Below the pieces are notes generated by a model. It saw only the letters and a program-made list of their open reading frames with translations. It ran no database searches and was not told where the DNA came from. Below, piece by piece: positions 48,368-55,600 of a stretch of DNA of 55,643 nucleotides. The DNA is from a virus (lineage: Duplodnaviria > Caudoviricetes). The position numbers and the translations under genes were made by a program. How positions within the stretch are numbered: the first letter of the stretch is position 1; each line of letters begins with the position of its first letter. The stretch lies in IMG/VR virus record IMGVR_UViG_3300032331_001807, positions 1 through 55,643 of that record. One strand, 5' to 3'.

Positions 48368-48730
48368 TCACTTGGCGTTGTGGACCGCCGAGATCACCGA
48401 AGCGATGAGATCGTCGTGGAACAGTTCGGCGCTCCCCCCGCTGAAGAACTTGTTGAACTTGCCGCTCTCCCAAAGGGCCTTCTTTACCAAGGCCGCGACA
48501 TTTCGCGACGTGTCCTCCACGATCCCTTGGAGGTCGTTGCTCGCGTTGTCGAGGTTCTCTTGGGCCTCTTCCATGTCCTCCTCGGACGCGGGCACCTTGT
48601 CGAACTCCAGAAGGTACGGGTTGAGCTCTTCGCCCAGATTGCCCGCCGCCTTGAGGAGAGGGAGAAGCTGCGGACGGAGATGCGGCTGCTGGTGAGCCAG
48701 CCGAATGAGGGAGGATCGCAGGGAGCTCAT
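48368..48730 (-). CDS. putative virion internal protein with shared leader
   Basis: MSSLRSSLIRLAHQQPHLRPQLLPLLKAA. Confidence 0.8.
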   Translation of the reverse strand: MSSLRSSLIRLAHQQPHLRPQLLPLLKAAGNLGEELNPYLLEFDKVPASEEDMEEAQENLDNASNDLQGIVEDTSRNVAALVKKALWESGKFNKFFSGGSAELFHDDLIASVISAVHNAK

Positions 48731-48794
48731 GCCCCGCACGGGGCATAGGGTATCTACCGTAGGCGTTTTCGGTAGTAGTCCCATGGATTTTCCC

Positions 48795-49556
48795 TCACAG
48801 TTCGATCTCCTTCTGTCGGTCGAGCTCCCGGCCAATCGCCGCCCTCACCAACGCCCAATCCTCACGGTGGAGGAGGGCGCACGACGCCAGCATCGGGAAG
48901 CCGTTGATCGCACGTCCCCCCATGGAGTCCTTGTAGTAGCCGTAGACCACACCAAGGTCGGACTTCAGCTTGTCGAAGTGGGCGTCCCGCCCCGCCTCCC
49001 ACTCCTTCACCTTGGTCTGGAGGGCGTCGCACTCCTCCCGCCACACCTTCATCCGCCCGCGCCACTCGGCCAGCTTCGCACGGTGCCTTGAGAGGTTCGC
49101 CCGGTGCTCGGTGAGTGCCGCCTCATGGGCAGCGTCCGCAGCACGGTTCGCAGCAGCCTCGGCATCCCGCAGGGCATCCTCGGCACGGGTGAGAGCCTCA
49201 CGGGCAGCTTCTACCTCACTGTCCTCCACCTCGCCCCAGCGGGCACGGAACTCGGCACGGGCGAGAGCCTCGCGGGCTTCCGCCACCGCCGCCTTCAGAC
49301 CCTCGCGCGCCGCACCCACGTCGGGCTCCGGGCGCTTCGGGCGGGTGAACCCGCGCACGGGCTTCGCGGGCTCCTTGGGGAGCTCGGGCTCGTCCACGGG
49401 GTAGGCGAGACCGCCCAGCGCGATGGGCATGAAGACCATGCTGATGAGGTTGTCGGGTACCTGTGCCGACAACAGCACTTGGTTCGCGATTACATCGCGA
49501 ACCAGTTGCTTGAGGTCTTCCTTGGGTTGGCGGGGGATGTCCATTGCAGTCTCCAT
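48795..49556 (-). CDS. hypothetical coiled-coil protein
   Basis: Downstream of a class-1 promoter; start is 49556 or 49544. Confidence 0.7.
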   Translation of the reverse strand: METAMDIPRQPKEDLKQLVRDVIANQVLLSAQVPDNLISMVFMPIALGGLAYPVDEPELPKEPAKPVRGFTRPKRPEPDVGAAREGLKAAVAEAREALARAEFRARWGEVEDSEVEAAREALTRAEDALRDAEAAANRAADAAHEAALTEHRANLSRHRAKLAEWRGRMKVWREECDALQTKVKEWEAGRDAHFDKLKSDLGVVYGYYKDSMGGRAINGFPMLASCALLHREDWALVRAAIGRELDRQKEIEL

Positions 49557-49592
49557 CACCCCAACGGAGACACCGTGGGGCTTGTAACCGGG

Positions 49593-50375
49593 TTACGCCC
49601 GGGACAGAGCCCGTTGGAGCTTCCCCATCGCGTCGGCCTCGACTTGTTGAACGCGCTGACGGGTGACCCCCCACTCGTCGGCCATTTCTTGGAGCGTCGG
49701 GACGGTGTCCCCCTCACCGACGAGATCAGGTAGCACCCGGCGCGTCACGATCTCCCGCTCCCTTGGGCGCAGCTTCCCAAGGGCCTTCCCCACCGCCCGC
49801 TCGATATCGCCCGCGCGCATCTGGTCTTCGATGTCCTGCAACAGCCTCGGGTCTTCCACCGTCTAGTGCCGTGGGATCTTCGCACCCGGGGAGTCCACCC
49901 CCTCACGGTGGTCCCATGTCTCGTCAAGGGAGTCCTCGGGGTGAAGGTACATGGAGGCCGCGACGAAGCAGTCCCAATCCGTGGGGTGCGCCCAGTGGCG
50001 GTTCTCCCGCAGGAAGATCCGCACCGTGCTTGCCTCGCAACTGCCCCCTTCCCGAAGGTGCCGCCGCAACCCGCGACTCAGCCCACGCTGGTTCCGTGTG
50101 CCCGTCATCCCCACCCGGCGGTAGAAATGCACCACCCCCGACAGGTGGTTGCGAATGAGCCGCCCCGCCCAAGTGCTGAAGGCGTACCCCCGGTCGGGGT
50201 CGAAGGTGCGGGCAGCGGCACAGAGCGCCGTCAACGCTTCCTGTTCGATGTCCGACCGCTCAAGGTGGAGGCAGGTGAACCCCCGGGAGATGTCCACCGC
50301 CAAGCCGTAGTGCCGCACGGGGTCCTCCCGGTACGGCCCAAGGCGCGACACGTCCCGGTAGGCGTACTCAGTCAT
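49593..50375 (-). CDS. sigma-70-family factor interrupted by one in-frame TAG (49863-49865)
   Basis: Region 2 DIEQEALTALCAAARTFDPDRGYAFSTWA lies before the stop; region 4 LRPREREIV...TLQEMADEWGVTRQRVQQVE lies after it in the same frame. Confidence 0.8.
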
Positions 50376-50595
50376 TGATGAACCCGCACCACGGTTCAAA
50401 CAGGGGTGCGGGGAGCGGGAGCCCCAATGCTTCGTGCAGGACCATGCCGCTGTCGGCGGCGTTGGTACCACACGCAGTGCAGGGGGTCAGCCCCACGTCC
50501 CCCTCGCCACACGCGGCGCAGGGGAGGCGCTCACCCGCGAGGATGCGGGCGGTGTCGTGGGCGCGGCCAGCGATGACGATGTCTTCAAGAGTCAT
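50368..50595 (-). CDS. small zinc-ribbon protein
   Basis: CAAC...CTAC; ATG 7 nt after a class-1 CGTGG box. Confidence 0.65.
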   Translation of the reverse strand: MTLEDIVIAGRAHDTARILAGERLPCAACGEGDVGLTPCTACGTNAADSGMVLHEALGLPLPAPLFEPWCGFIND

Positions 50596-50635
50596 GACTG
50601 CACCACGAAGGGCGGTTTGGGGTTGTAACCAAGAA

Positions 50636-50815
50636 TCAACCACCGGGACGTGGGGCGGGAGTCTCGACGGGCGGGGCGATCTCACGCAAGGGGAGCGTGC
50701 GGTTCTGCTCCTCCAAGGCGTCCGCGATGCGCTCCAGCGCCCGCACGAGCCTCGGGAGGGTGCCCTCGTAGTACACCCTCCCCATGAGGGTCTGGAAGAA
50801 GCTAGGCCCGCTCAC
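50636..50815 (-). CDS. small hypothetical protein
   Basis: SFFQTLMGRVYYEGTLPRLVRALERIADALE; GTGA coupling. Confidence 0.6.
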   Translation of the reverse strand: MSGPSFFQTLMGRVYYEGTLPRLVRALERIADALEEQNRTLPLREIAPPVETPAPRPGG

Positions 50816-51162
50816 GACGCCCCCTCCAGTTCGTGGCGCTCGACGTAGAGCAGCACCCGCGTACGCACCGACCCCCCTCGGTCGAAGTCGTCGTCGAACA
50901 GGTACATGGCCATGGCCGGGTACGTCGCCGGGAAGTATGGCTCCTTGCCGTGGCGGTAGGTGGCGAAGTCCACGGGCTGGTCCTCCCACGACCAGTCCCC
51001 ATCGTAGGGGGTGGCGTCTTCGAGGTCACTGGGGTAGCGACCGTCCGCGAGGGCGAACTCGACCCCCAGCATCCTCTCGATGCACTCGGGAGACTCTCCC
51101 GACGCTTGGCGAACCACGAGGGCGACGATCTCGCCCTCGTTCCTCACGAGCTTGCGGTTCAT
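50812..51162 (-). CDS. hypothetical protein
   Basis: 116-aa coupled ORF. Confidence 0.7.
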   Translation of the reverse strand: MNRKLVRNEGEIVALVVRQASGESPECIERMLGVEFALADGRYPSDLEDATPYDGDWSWEDQPVDFATYRHGKEPYFPATYPAMAMYLFDDDFDRGGSVRTRVLLYVERHELEGAS

Positions 51163-51527
51163 GACGCCACGTCCACGCTGGCGTCGAGGGCCGTGCGGCC
51201 CGTGTACCGGGCGATGATCTCGGCCAGCACCACGGCGTCGCCCTCGCTCACGCCCAGCTTGGAGGCGACGTAGCCCGGAGACAGGTACCCGCCCGTGTCC
51301 GCGACGGTCATGCAGGTGCCGTGACCCGCCGTGTAGAGGGCCACGAAGAACGCGCCGTGCCCTGCATAGGCGTTCACGGCGGGCGGGGCACCGTTGAGGT
51401 GCGCCCGCATGTCGGTGACGTGGAGCAAGTACCGGGTGCCGTTCCCCGGCTGGTACTCGATCACGGTCACGGGGGCGGGGGCCGTGTGCTCGGCCTTGGT
51501 GGCCGCTTCGATGGACTTTGTCCTCAT
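51159..51527 (-). CDS. hypothetical protein
   Basis: AAGGAG RBS, class-1 promoter upstream. Confidence 0.75.
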   Translation of the reverse strand: MRTKSIEAATKAEHTAPAPVTVIEYQPGNGTRYLLHVTDMRAHLNGAPPAVNAYAGHGAFFVALYTAGHGTCMTVADTGGYLSPGYVASKLGVSEGDAVVLAEIIARYTGRTALDASVDVAS

Positions 51528-51586
51528 GGGGTCTCCTTACGCCTCACCAACGGAGGCACTTGTGGGGGTGTAACCAAGAACCGGGA

Positions 51587-51868
51587 TCACCCTCGGGGGT
51601 TGCGGGCGAAGTGAGCCTTGGACCCGACGACGGGGGCGACCTCCTCCCAATGGGCGCGGCCCACGGGCGAGATGCCCGACGCCGCGATGCGGTCCCGCAG
51701 CGCCCGGATGCTCTCGGGAGCCCGCTCCACCAGCGCCTTGACGGACACCGCATGGTCGTGGCGGAAGCGCCGACCGTCACGGGCAGTCGCCACCACCGAC
51801 CAGAAGGTGGTGACGGCCCCGCCCACGAAACGACAGGTGGGCTCGACGGCGAAGGTAAACGCGGTCAT
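51587..51868 (-). CDS. hypothetical protein
   Basis: ATG 7 nt after a class-1 box. Confidence 0.7.
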   Translation of the reverse strand: MTAFTFAVEPTCRFVGGAVTTFWSVVATARDGRRFRHDHAVSVKALVERAPESIRALRDRIAASGISPVGRAHWEEVAPVVGSKAHFARNPRG

Positions 51869-51875
51869 GCCCCCA

Positions 51876-51966
51876 CCACGGAACCGACCCCTCGGCTGTA
51901 ACCGGGAATCGTCGGGGAGCCCAAGAACTTCGATTCTTGGTTACGGGGGAACCCCTGTCTCCGTGG
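51876..51966. promoter_or_regulatory. back-to-back class-1 promoters
   Basis: GGTTAC-N17-CGTGG on - (51903) and + (51939). Confidence 0.8.
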
Positions 51967-51973
51967 TGAGGGC

Positions 51974-52309
51974 ATGACCACCGAAGTCACCCTCACCGAG
52001 TCTGCCCGCGCCTCCTACCGCATTGCCCGTCTCAACGGGGCGGGCATCCAGACCGCGCTGGAGGCAGCGTGGAAGGAGGTGCGGAGGGCCATGAAGCACC
52101 TCCGCGCCCCCTCGGGCATCGAGGCCATCGGGACGCTCAACACGTCCCGTCGCCGCAACTACCGAAGCCCCCTCGGGCAAGCCCTCAACATCCCCGGCTG
52201 CACGGGGTGCTACGGGCAGTACTGCTCTCTCTGGCGGCGGACGGAGACCTCGTGGCGGGAGCGCGAGGAAACCGTGCAGGCTCTCGTGGCCTTCATGGAG
52301 GAGGCGTGA
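51974..52309 (+). CDS. hypothetical protein
   Basis: ATG 7 nt after a class-1 box. Confidence 0.7.
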   Translation: MTTEVTLTESARASYRIARLNGAGIQTALEAAWKEVRRAMKHLRAPSGIEAIGTLNTSRRRNYRSPLGQALNIPGCTGCYGQYCSLWRRTETSWREREETVQALVAFMEEA

Positions 52310-52503
52310 TGACCCCCCGCGAGCATTCGTGTGTGGGCGGGTACCCGTCCAAGGAGCCGAGTTGGTGGGCGACGGACGGGCGGGGCATCGAGCTCTGCCG
52401 CGTCTGTGACCTGTGCCGGGACGAGAAGCTCGCCCGGTACCGCCCGGAGATCCTCCGTCCCTACGACGAGAGCGACGTGAACGAGCCCATCGAGCCCGAG
52501 TGA
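52309..52503 (+). CDS. small Cys-containing hypothetical protein
   Basis: GGAGG RBS; DGRGIELCRVCDLC. Confidence 0.65.
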   Translation: MTPREHSCVGGYPSKEPSWWATDGRGIELCRVCDLCRDEKLARYRPEILRPYDESDVNEPIEPE

Positions 52504-52610
52504 GGGCGCGGCCCCGCGAGGGGTGGGGCACCCAAGTTCTCCGTGGGAGCCCCACACCAAGAACTTGGATGGCAGCGGAAGGGGCGGGGGAGCACCCCGC
52601 CCCGGGACGG

Positions 52611-52751
52611 TCAACCCTCGGCCACCGCCGCCTTCACCGCCTTGCGGGCGGCTTGACGGGCGCGGGACCGACCCGCCTTGGCCCGACGAGCCACCTCCTT
52701 GCGGGAGGTGGACGCGATGTCGTACTTGGAGCGTGTACCGAGAGGTGCCAT
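52611..52751 (-). CDS. small basic protein (46 aa)
   Basis: MAPLGTRSKYDIASTSRKEVARRAKAGRSRARQAARKAVK...; ATG 7 nt after a class-1 box; not in the ORF track. Confidence 0.6.
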   Translation of the reverse strand: MAPLGTRSKYDIASTSRKEVARRAKAGRSRARQAARKAVKAAVAEG

Positions 52752-52758
52752 GAACATC

Positions 52759-52837
52759 CCACGGAGACAGGGGTGACTCCGTAACCGAAAATCGACCGTG
52801 ACGAATCTTGGTTACGAACCGAGGGTGCTCTCCGTGG
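52759..52837. promoter_or_regulatory. back-to-back class-1 promoters
   Basis: GGTTAC-N17-CGTGG on - (52786) and + (52810). Confidence 0.8.
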
Positions 52838-52844
52838 TGAGGGC

Positions 52845-53162
52845 ATGAACACCCCGAACGCCCAGATCCAGATCGACGACCCCTGCACCGTCTCCGTCGG
52901 CTCCGACCGATACGGAGCCACGGTCATCTCCGTGGCTCCCAAGCGCATCGTCGTCCAGTACGACGACGCCCGCCAGACGGGCGACTACTTCGGCAACCAG
53001 CAGTGGGAGCACACCCGCAACCCCAACGGGCGGACGGTGACCTTCACCCTCCGCACCCTCAAGGGAGGGCGGCTCTGCTGGGCCGAGGAGGGGCGCTCGT
53101 GGAGGGAGTCCCTGCGCCTCACGGTGGGGGTGCGGGACACCTACCAAGACCCGAGCTTCTAG
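52845..53162 (+). CDS. hypothetical protein
   Basis: GSDRYGATVI...YQDPSF; leaderless-type start. Confidence 0.75.
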   Translation: MNTPNAQIQIDDPCTVSVGSDRYGATVISVAPKRIVVQYDDARQTGDYFGNQQWEHTRNPNGRTVTFTLRTLKGGRLCWAEEGRSWRESLRLTVGVRDTYQDPSF

Positions 53163-53324
53163 GCCGGGGCGGGGGGTGGAGGAACCCCCCCGAGAGGGCA
53201 CCAAGTTCTCGGTGTGAACCCCCCACCCCCCAGAGAGAACTTCGGCCCGCCGCCGTGCGGTGTCCACCATCGAACCACGGTTACACAAACGGCCCCGGCT
53301 CCGTTGGGGGCGTAAGGAGTCACC

Positions 53325-54149
53325 ATGAAGATCCAAGTCTGCATCGTCGAGGGACCCAAGGGGGTCTGGCTCGACTACGAGCCCTCCACACCCCTCCCCA
53401 ACACGGATCATCCCGACGAGGTCGCCGGGGTGGTCAACACCATCCGCCTGCCCGAGGGTGTCACCGCCCTGCGGGTACTCACGGCGACGGAGGTGTGGAG
53501 CTTCCACTACCACCCCTCCTACGGGTGCGTCCCGCGCCTCCGCATCGAGGCGGGTGAGGTGGTGATGGAATGGCCGACGAACGCCGAGGTGGGCGGCGTC
53601 TGGACGGTCCACCACGTCCTGCCCGACGGGAACCTCCTGCCCCATTGCTACGTCGAGGGAGCCACGTCCTTCATGATGGGCGACGACGAGAGCCAGACCC
53701 GTCGCAAGGTCGTCGTCGAGGCGGGCTTCATGGCCTTCACCCCGACGACCGTGAGGCAGTGGAACTGGTACGCCACGGACATGGGCAAGGAGCTCAAGCC
53801 CACCACCGTCACGGACAAGTCGGGCGCGACGGTGGACCTGAGCGACCACCCGGTGGTGGAAGTCTCCTACTGGGAATCGTGCGAGTTCGCCAAGTGGGCG
53901 GGCGTCGGCCTCCCCACGGAGGAGGAGTGGGAGCGCGCCGCGCGCGGCAACGACGGGCGCAAGTTTCCGTGGGGCAACGACGCCCCCAAGGATGAGCTCT
54001 GCTGGTCGAGCATTCACTCCCAGAAGGAGCGCACCGCGCCGTGCTTCAACCCGGACGGCACCCCCGCCCGCCCCAAGGGTGCCTCCCCCTACGGGCTGCT
54101 CGACATGAGCGGCAACGTCTGGGAGTGGACCAGCACCGTCCACAAGTGA
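53325..54149 (+). CDS. FGE-sulfatase (SUMF1)/C-type-lectin-fold protein lacking its C-terminal segment
   Basis: FMMGDD, HPVVEVSYWES, LPTEEEWERAARG, FPWGN, SPYGLLDMSGNVWEW, then a stop 6 codons later. Confidence 0.9.
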   Translation: MKIQVCIVEGPKGVWLDYEPSTPLPNTDHPDEVAGVVNTIRLPEGVTALRVLTATEVWSFHYHPSYGCVPRLRIEAGEVVMEWPTNAEVGGVWTVHHVLPDGNLLPHCYVEGATSFMMGDDESQTRRKVVVEAGFMAFTPTTVRQWNWYATDMGKELKPTTVTDKSGATVDLSDHPVVEVSYWESCEFAKWAGVGLPTEEEWERAARGNDGRKFPWGNDAPKDELCWSSIHSQKERTAPCFNPDGTPARPKGASPYGLLDMSGNVWEWTSTVHK

Positions 54150-54319
54150 GACGGGCACAGCCCCCGGACCCCAACCTCCCCCGCGTACTGGTGGGAGGAG
54201 GTTGGGAACTCTCCTACGCCCCGTTCATGCGGCCCGCCGACCGGGGCTCGTACGAGCCCGAGTGGCGCGAGACCGACATTTTTCGCACCCACCTCGCAGG
54301 AAGGGAACCCCGAGTATGA
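54146..54319 (+). CDS. stand-alone FGE/CLec C-terminal segment, cassette D
   Basis: NLPRVLVGGGW...MRPADR...IFRT; GTG overlaps the FGE stop. Confidence 0.75.
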   Translation: MRRAQPPDPNLPRVLVGGGWELSYAPFMRPADRGSYEPEWRETDIFRTHLAGREPRV

Positions 54320-54489
54320 AGCCCCCTACCAAGCCCACCGACACCCGCCTCCGCATCCTCCGCGGCGGCTGTTGGTACAACTATGGACCGTCGAGGGTGC
54401 GCGCGGCGTATCGCAACGCGAACGTGCCTGCGCTCCGAAACTTCCACATCGGGTTTCGGTGCGCGCTGCGGGGTAGGGAACCCCGGTGA
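54316..54489 (+). CDS. stand-alone FGE/CLec C-terminal segment, cassette E
   Basis: RILRGGCWYN...VRAAYR...IGFRC; ATGA coupling. Confidence 0.8.
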   Translation: MKPPTKPTDTRLRILRGGCWYNYGPSRVRAAYRNANVPALRNFHIGFRCALRGREPR

Positions 54490-54532
54490 CGATTCTCGGT
54501 TACAGCCCCGACCCCGTCTCCGTGGTGCTGGC

Positions 54533-54943
54533 ATGACGACCAACATCGAGTGGAAAGACGGGCTGCGGCCCCGTGGCCGCAACGCATGGCTCCTCATCGT
54601 CACCCCGGCGGGTGAGGTCATCCCCTTCAAGGGGACGGACATCCCCGGCACCGTGGTGATCCGTGGCACCTCCTTCCAAAAGAACGGGAAGTGGAGCAAC
54701 ACCACCTACCGTCTGGTGCTCGCCACGGGGGTGAGCCCCATCGCGGGGGTGGACGGCTGGGAGACGGGCACGTTCCGAGAGGGATTGGCCAAGGCCACGG
54801 GGGTGAGCCCCATCGACACTTGGGAAGAGTGCGCCCGGGCGCTTAGGGTCACCTTGGAGTCGGCCAAGCGGTTCCTCACGGCTTGGCGTCCCAAGGCTGC
54901 GGCCCACTTCGACGAGGTCGAGGCCAAGCTGGCCTCCCTGTGA
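54533..54943 (+). CDS. hypothetical protein
   Basis: ATG 7 nt after a class-1 box; KNGKWSNTTY. Confidence 0.75.
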   Translation: MTTNIEWKDGLRPRGRNAWLLIVTPAGEVIPFKGTDIPGTVVIRGTSFQKNGKWSNTTYRLVLATGVSPIAGVDGWETGTFREGLAKATGVSPIDTWEECARALRVTLESAKRFLTAWRPKAAAHFDEVEAKLASL

Positions 54944-55046
54944 GGTGCCGGGGGGCCACTCACCCCCCGCCGTGGGCGGACAAGAAATCGCTGTCAGCAT
55001 CCCCGCCCCGCCCGCGTCTACAGAGCATGACCACCAACGATTTCCT

Positions 55047-55089
55047 GTTACACCACACCCACCGTCTCCGTGGGGAGAGCATGACCACC
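55047..55089 (+). repeat. 43-bp perfect direct repeat (promoter plus first codons); second copy at 55601-55643
   Basis: GTTACACCACACCCACCGTCTCCGTGGGGAGAGCATGACCACC twice. Confidence 0.95.
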
Positions 55090-55530
55090 ACCGTCACCGT
55101 CCTCGTAGGCGTCCCCGGCAGCGGCAAGTCTCACCACACGGAGTCCCTCACGGGTGCCGTGGTGGTCAGCGCCGACCACTACTTTGTCGAGTTGGGAGGT
55201 GGCACCTACGCCTTCGACCCGTCGAAGTTGGGAGCGGCCCACGGGCAGTGCCTTCGCAGGTACACGGAAGCCCTGCAACGGGGTGAGAGCCACGTCGTCG
55301 TGGACAACACGAACACGACCAGCTTGGAGATGGCCCCCTACGTCTCGCTGGCCCTCGCCTACGGGTACCGGGTCGAGATCGTCCGGGTGACCTGCGACCC
55401 CGCCGTGGCAGCGGCGCGCAACACCCACGGGGTCCCAGAAGGGGCCATCCGGGCGATGCACGAACGGATCACGGCCACGTTCCAGACCGGGCTCCCGCCC
55501 TTCTGGCCCGTGACCGTGCGGATGGTGTGA
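55081..55530 (+). CDS. P-loop kinase (AAA_33 / polynucleotide kinase-like)
   Basis: VGVPGSGKS, SADHYF, VVVDNTN, RNTHGVP. Confidence 0.85.
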   Translation: MTTTVTVLVGVPGSGKSHHTESLTGAVVVSADHYFVELGGGTYAFDPSKLGAAHGQCLRRYTEALQRGESHVVVDNTNTTSLEMAPYVSLALAYGYRVEIVRVTCDPAVAAARNTHGVPEGAIRAMHERITATFQTGLPPFWPVTVRMV

Positions 55531-55600
55531 GGGTCAGCCCGCGTCTACCAGCATAACACGCGCCCCGCTCGTTGACCGTCAGCCCCAGTGACGATTCCCA

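Noticed and set aside
54130-54150. Programmed -1 frameshift fusing FGE to cassette D
   Set aside because: No X XXY YYZ slippery site at the junction, and the GTGA coupling matches the other cassettes; not fully excluded
53325-54489. Complete canonical DGR
   Set aside because: No reverse transcriptase or Avd in the window, and no pair of repeats differing only at adenines
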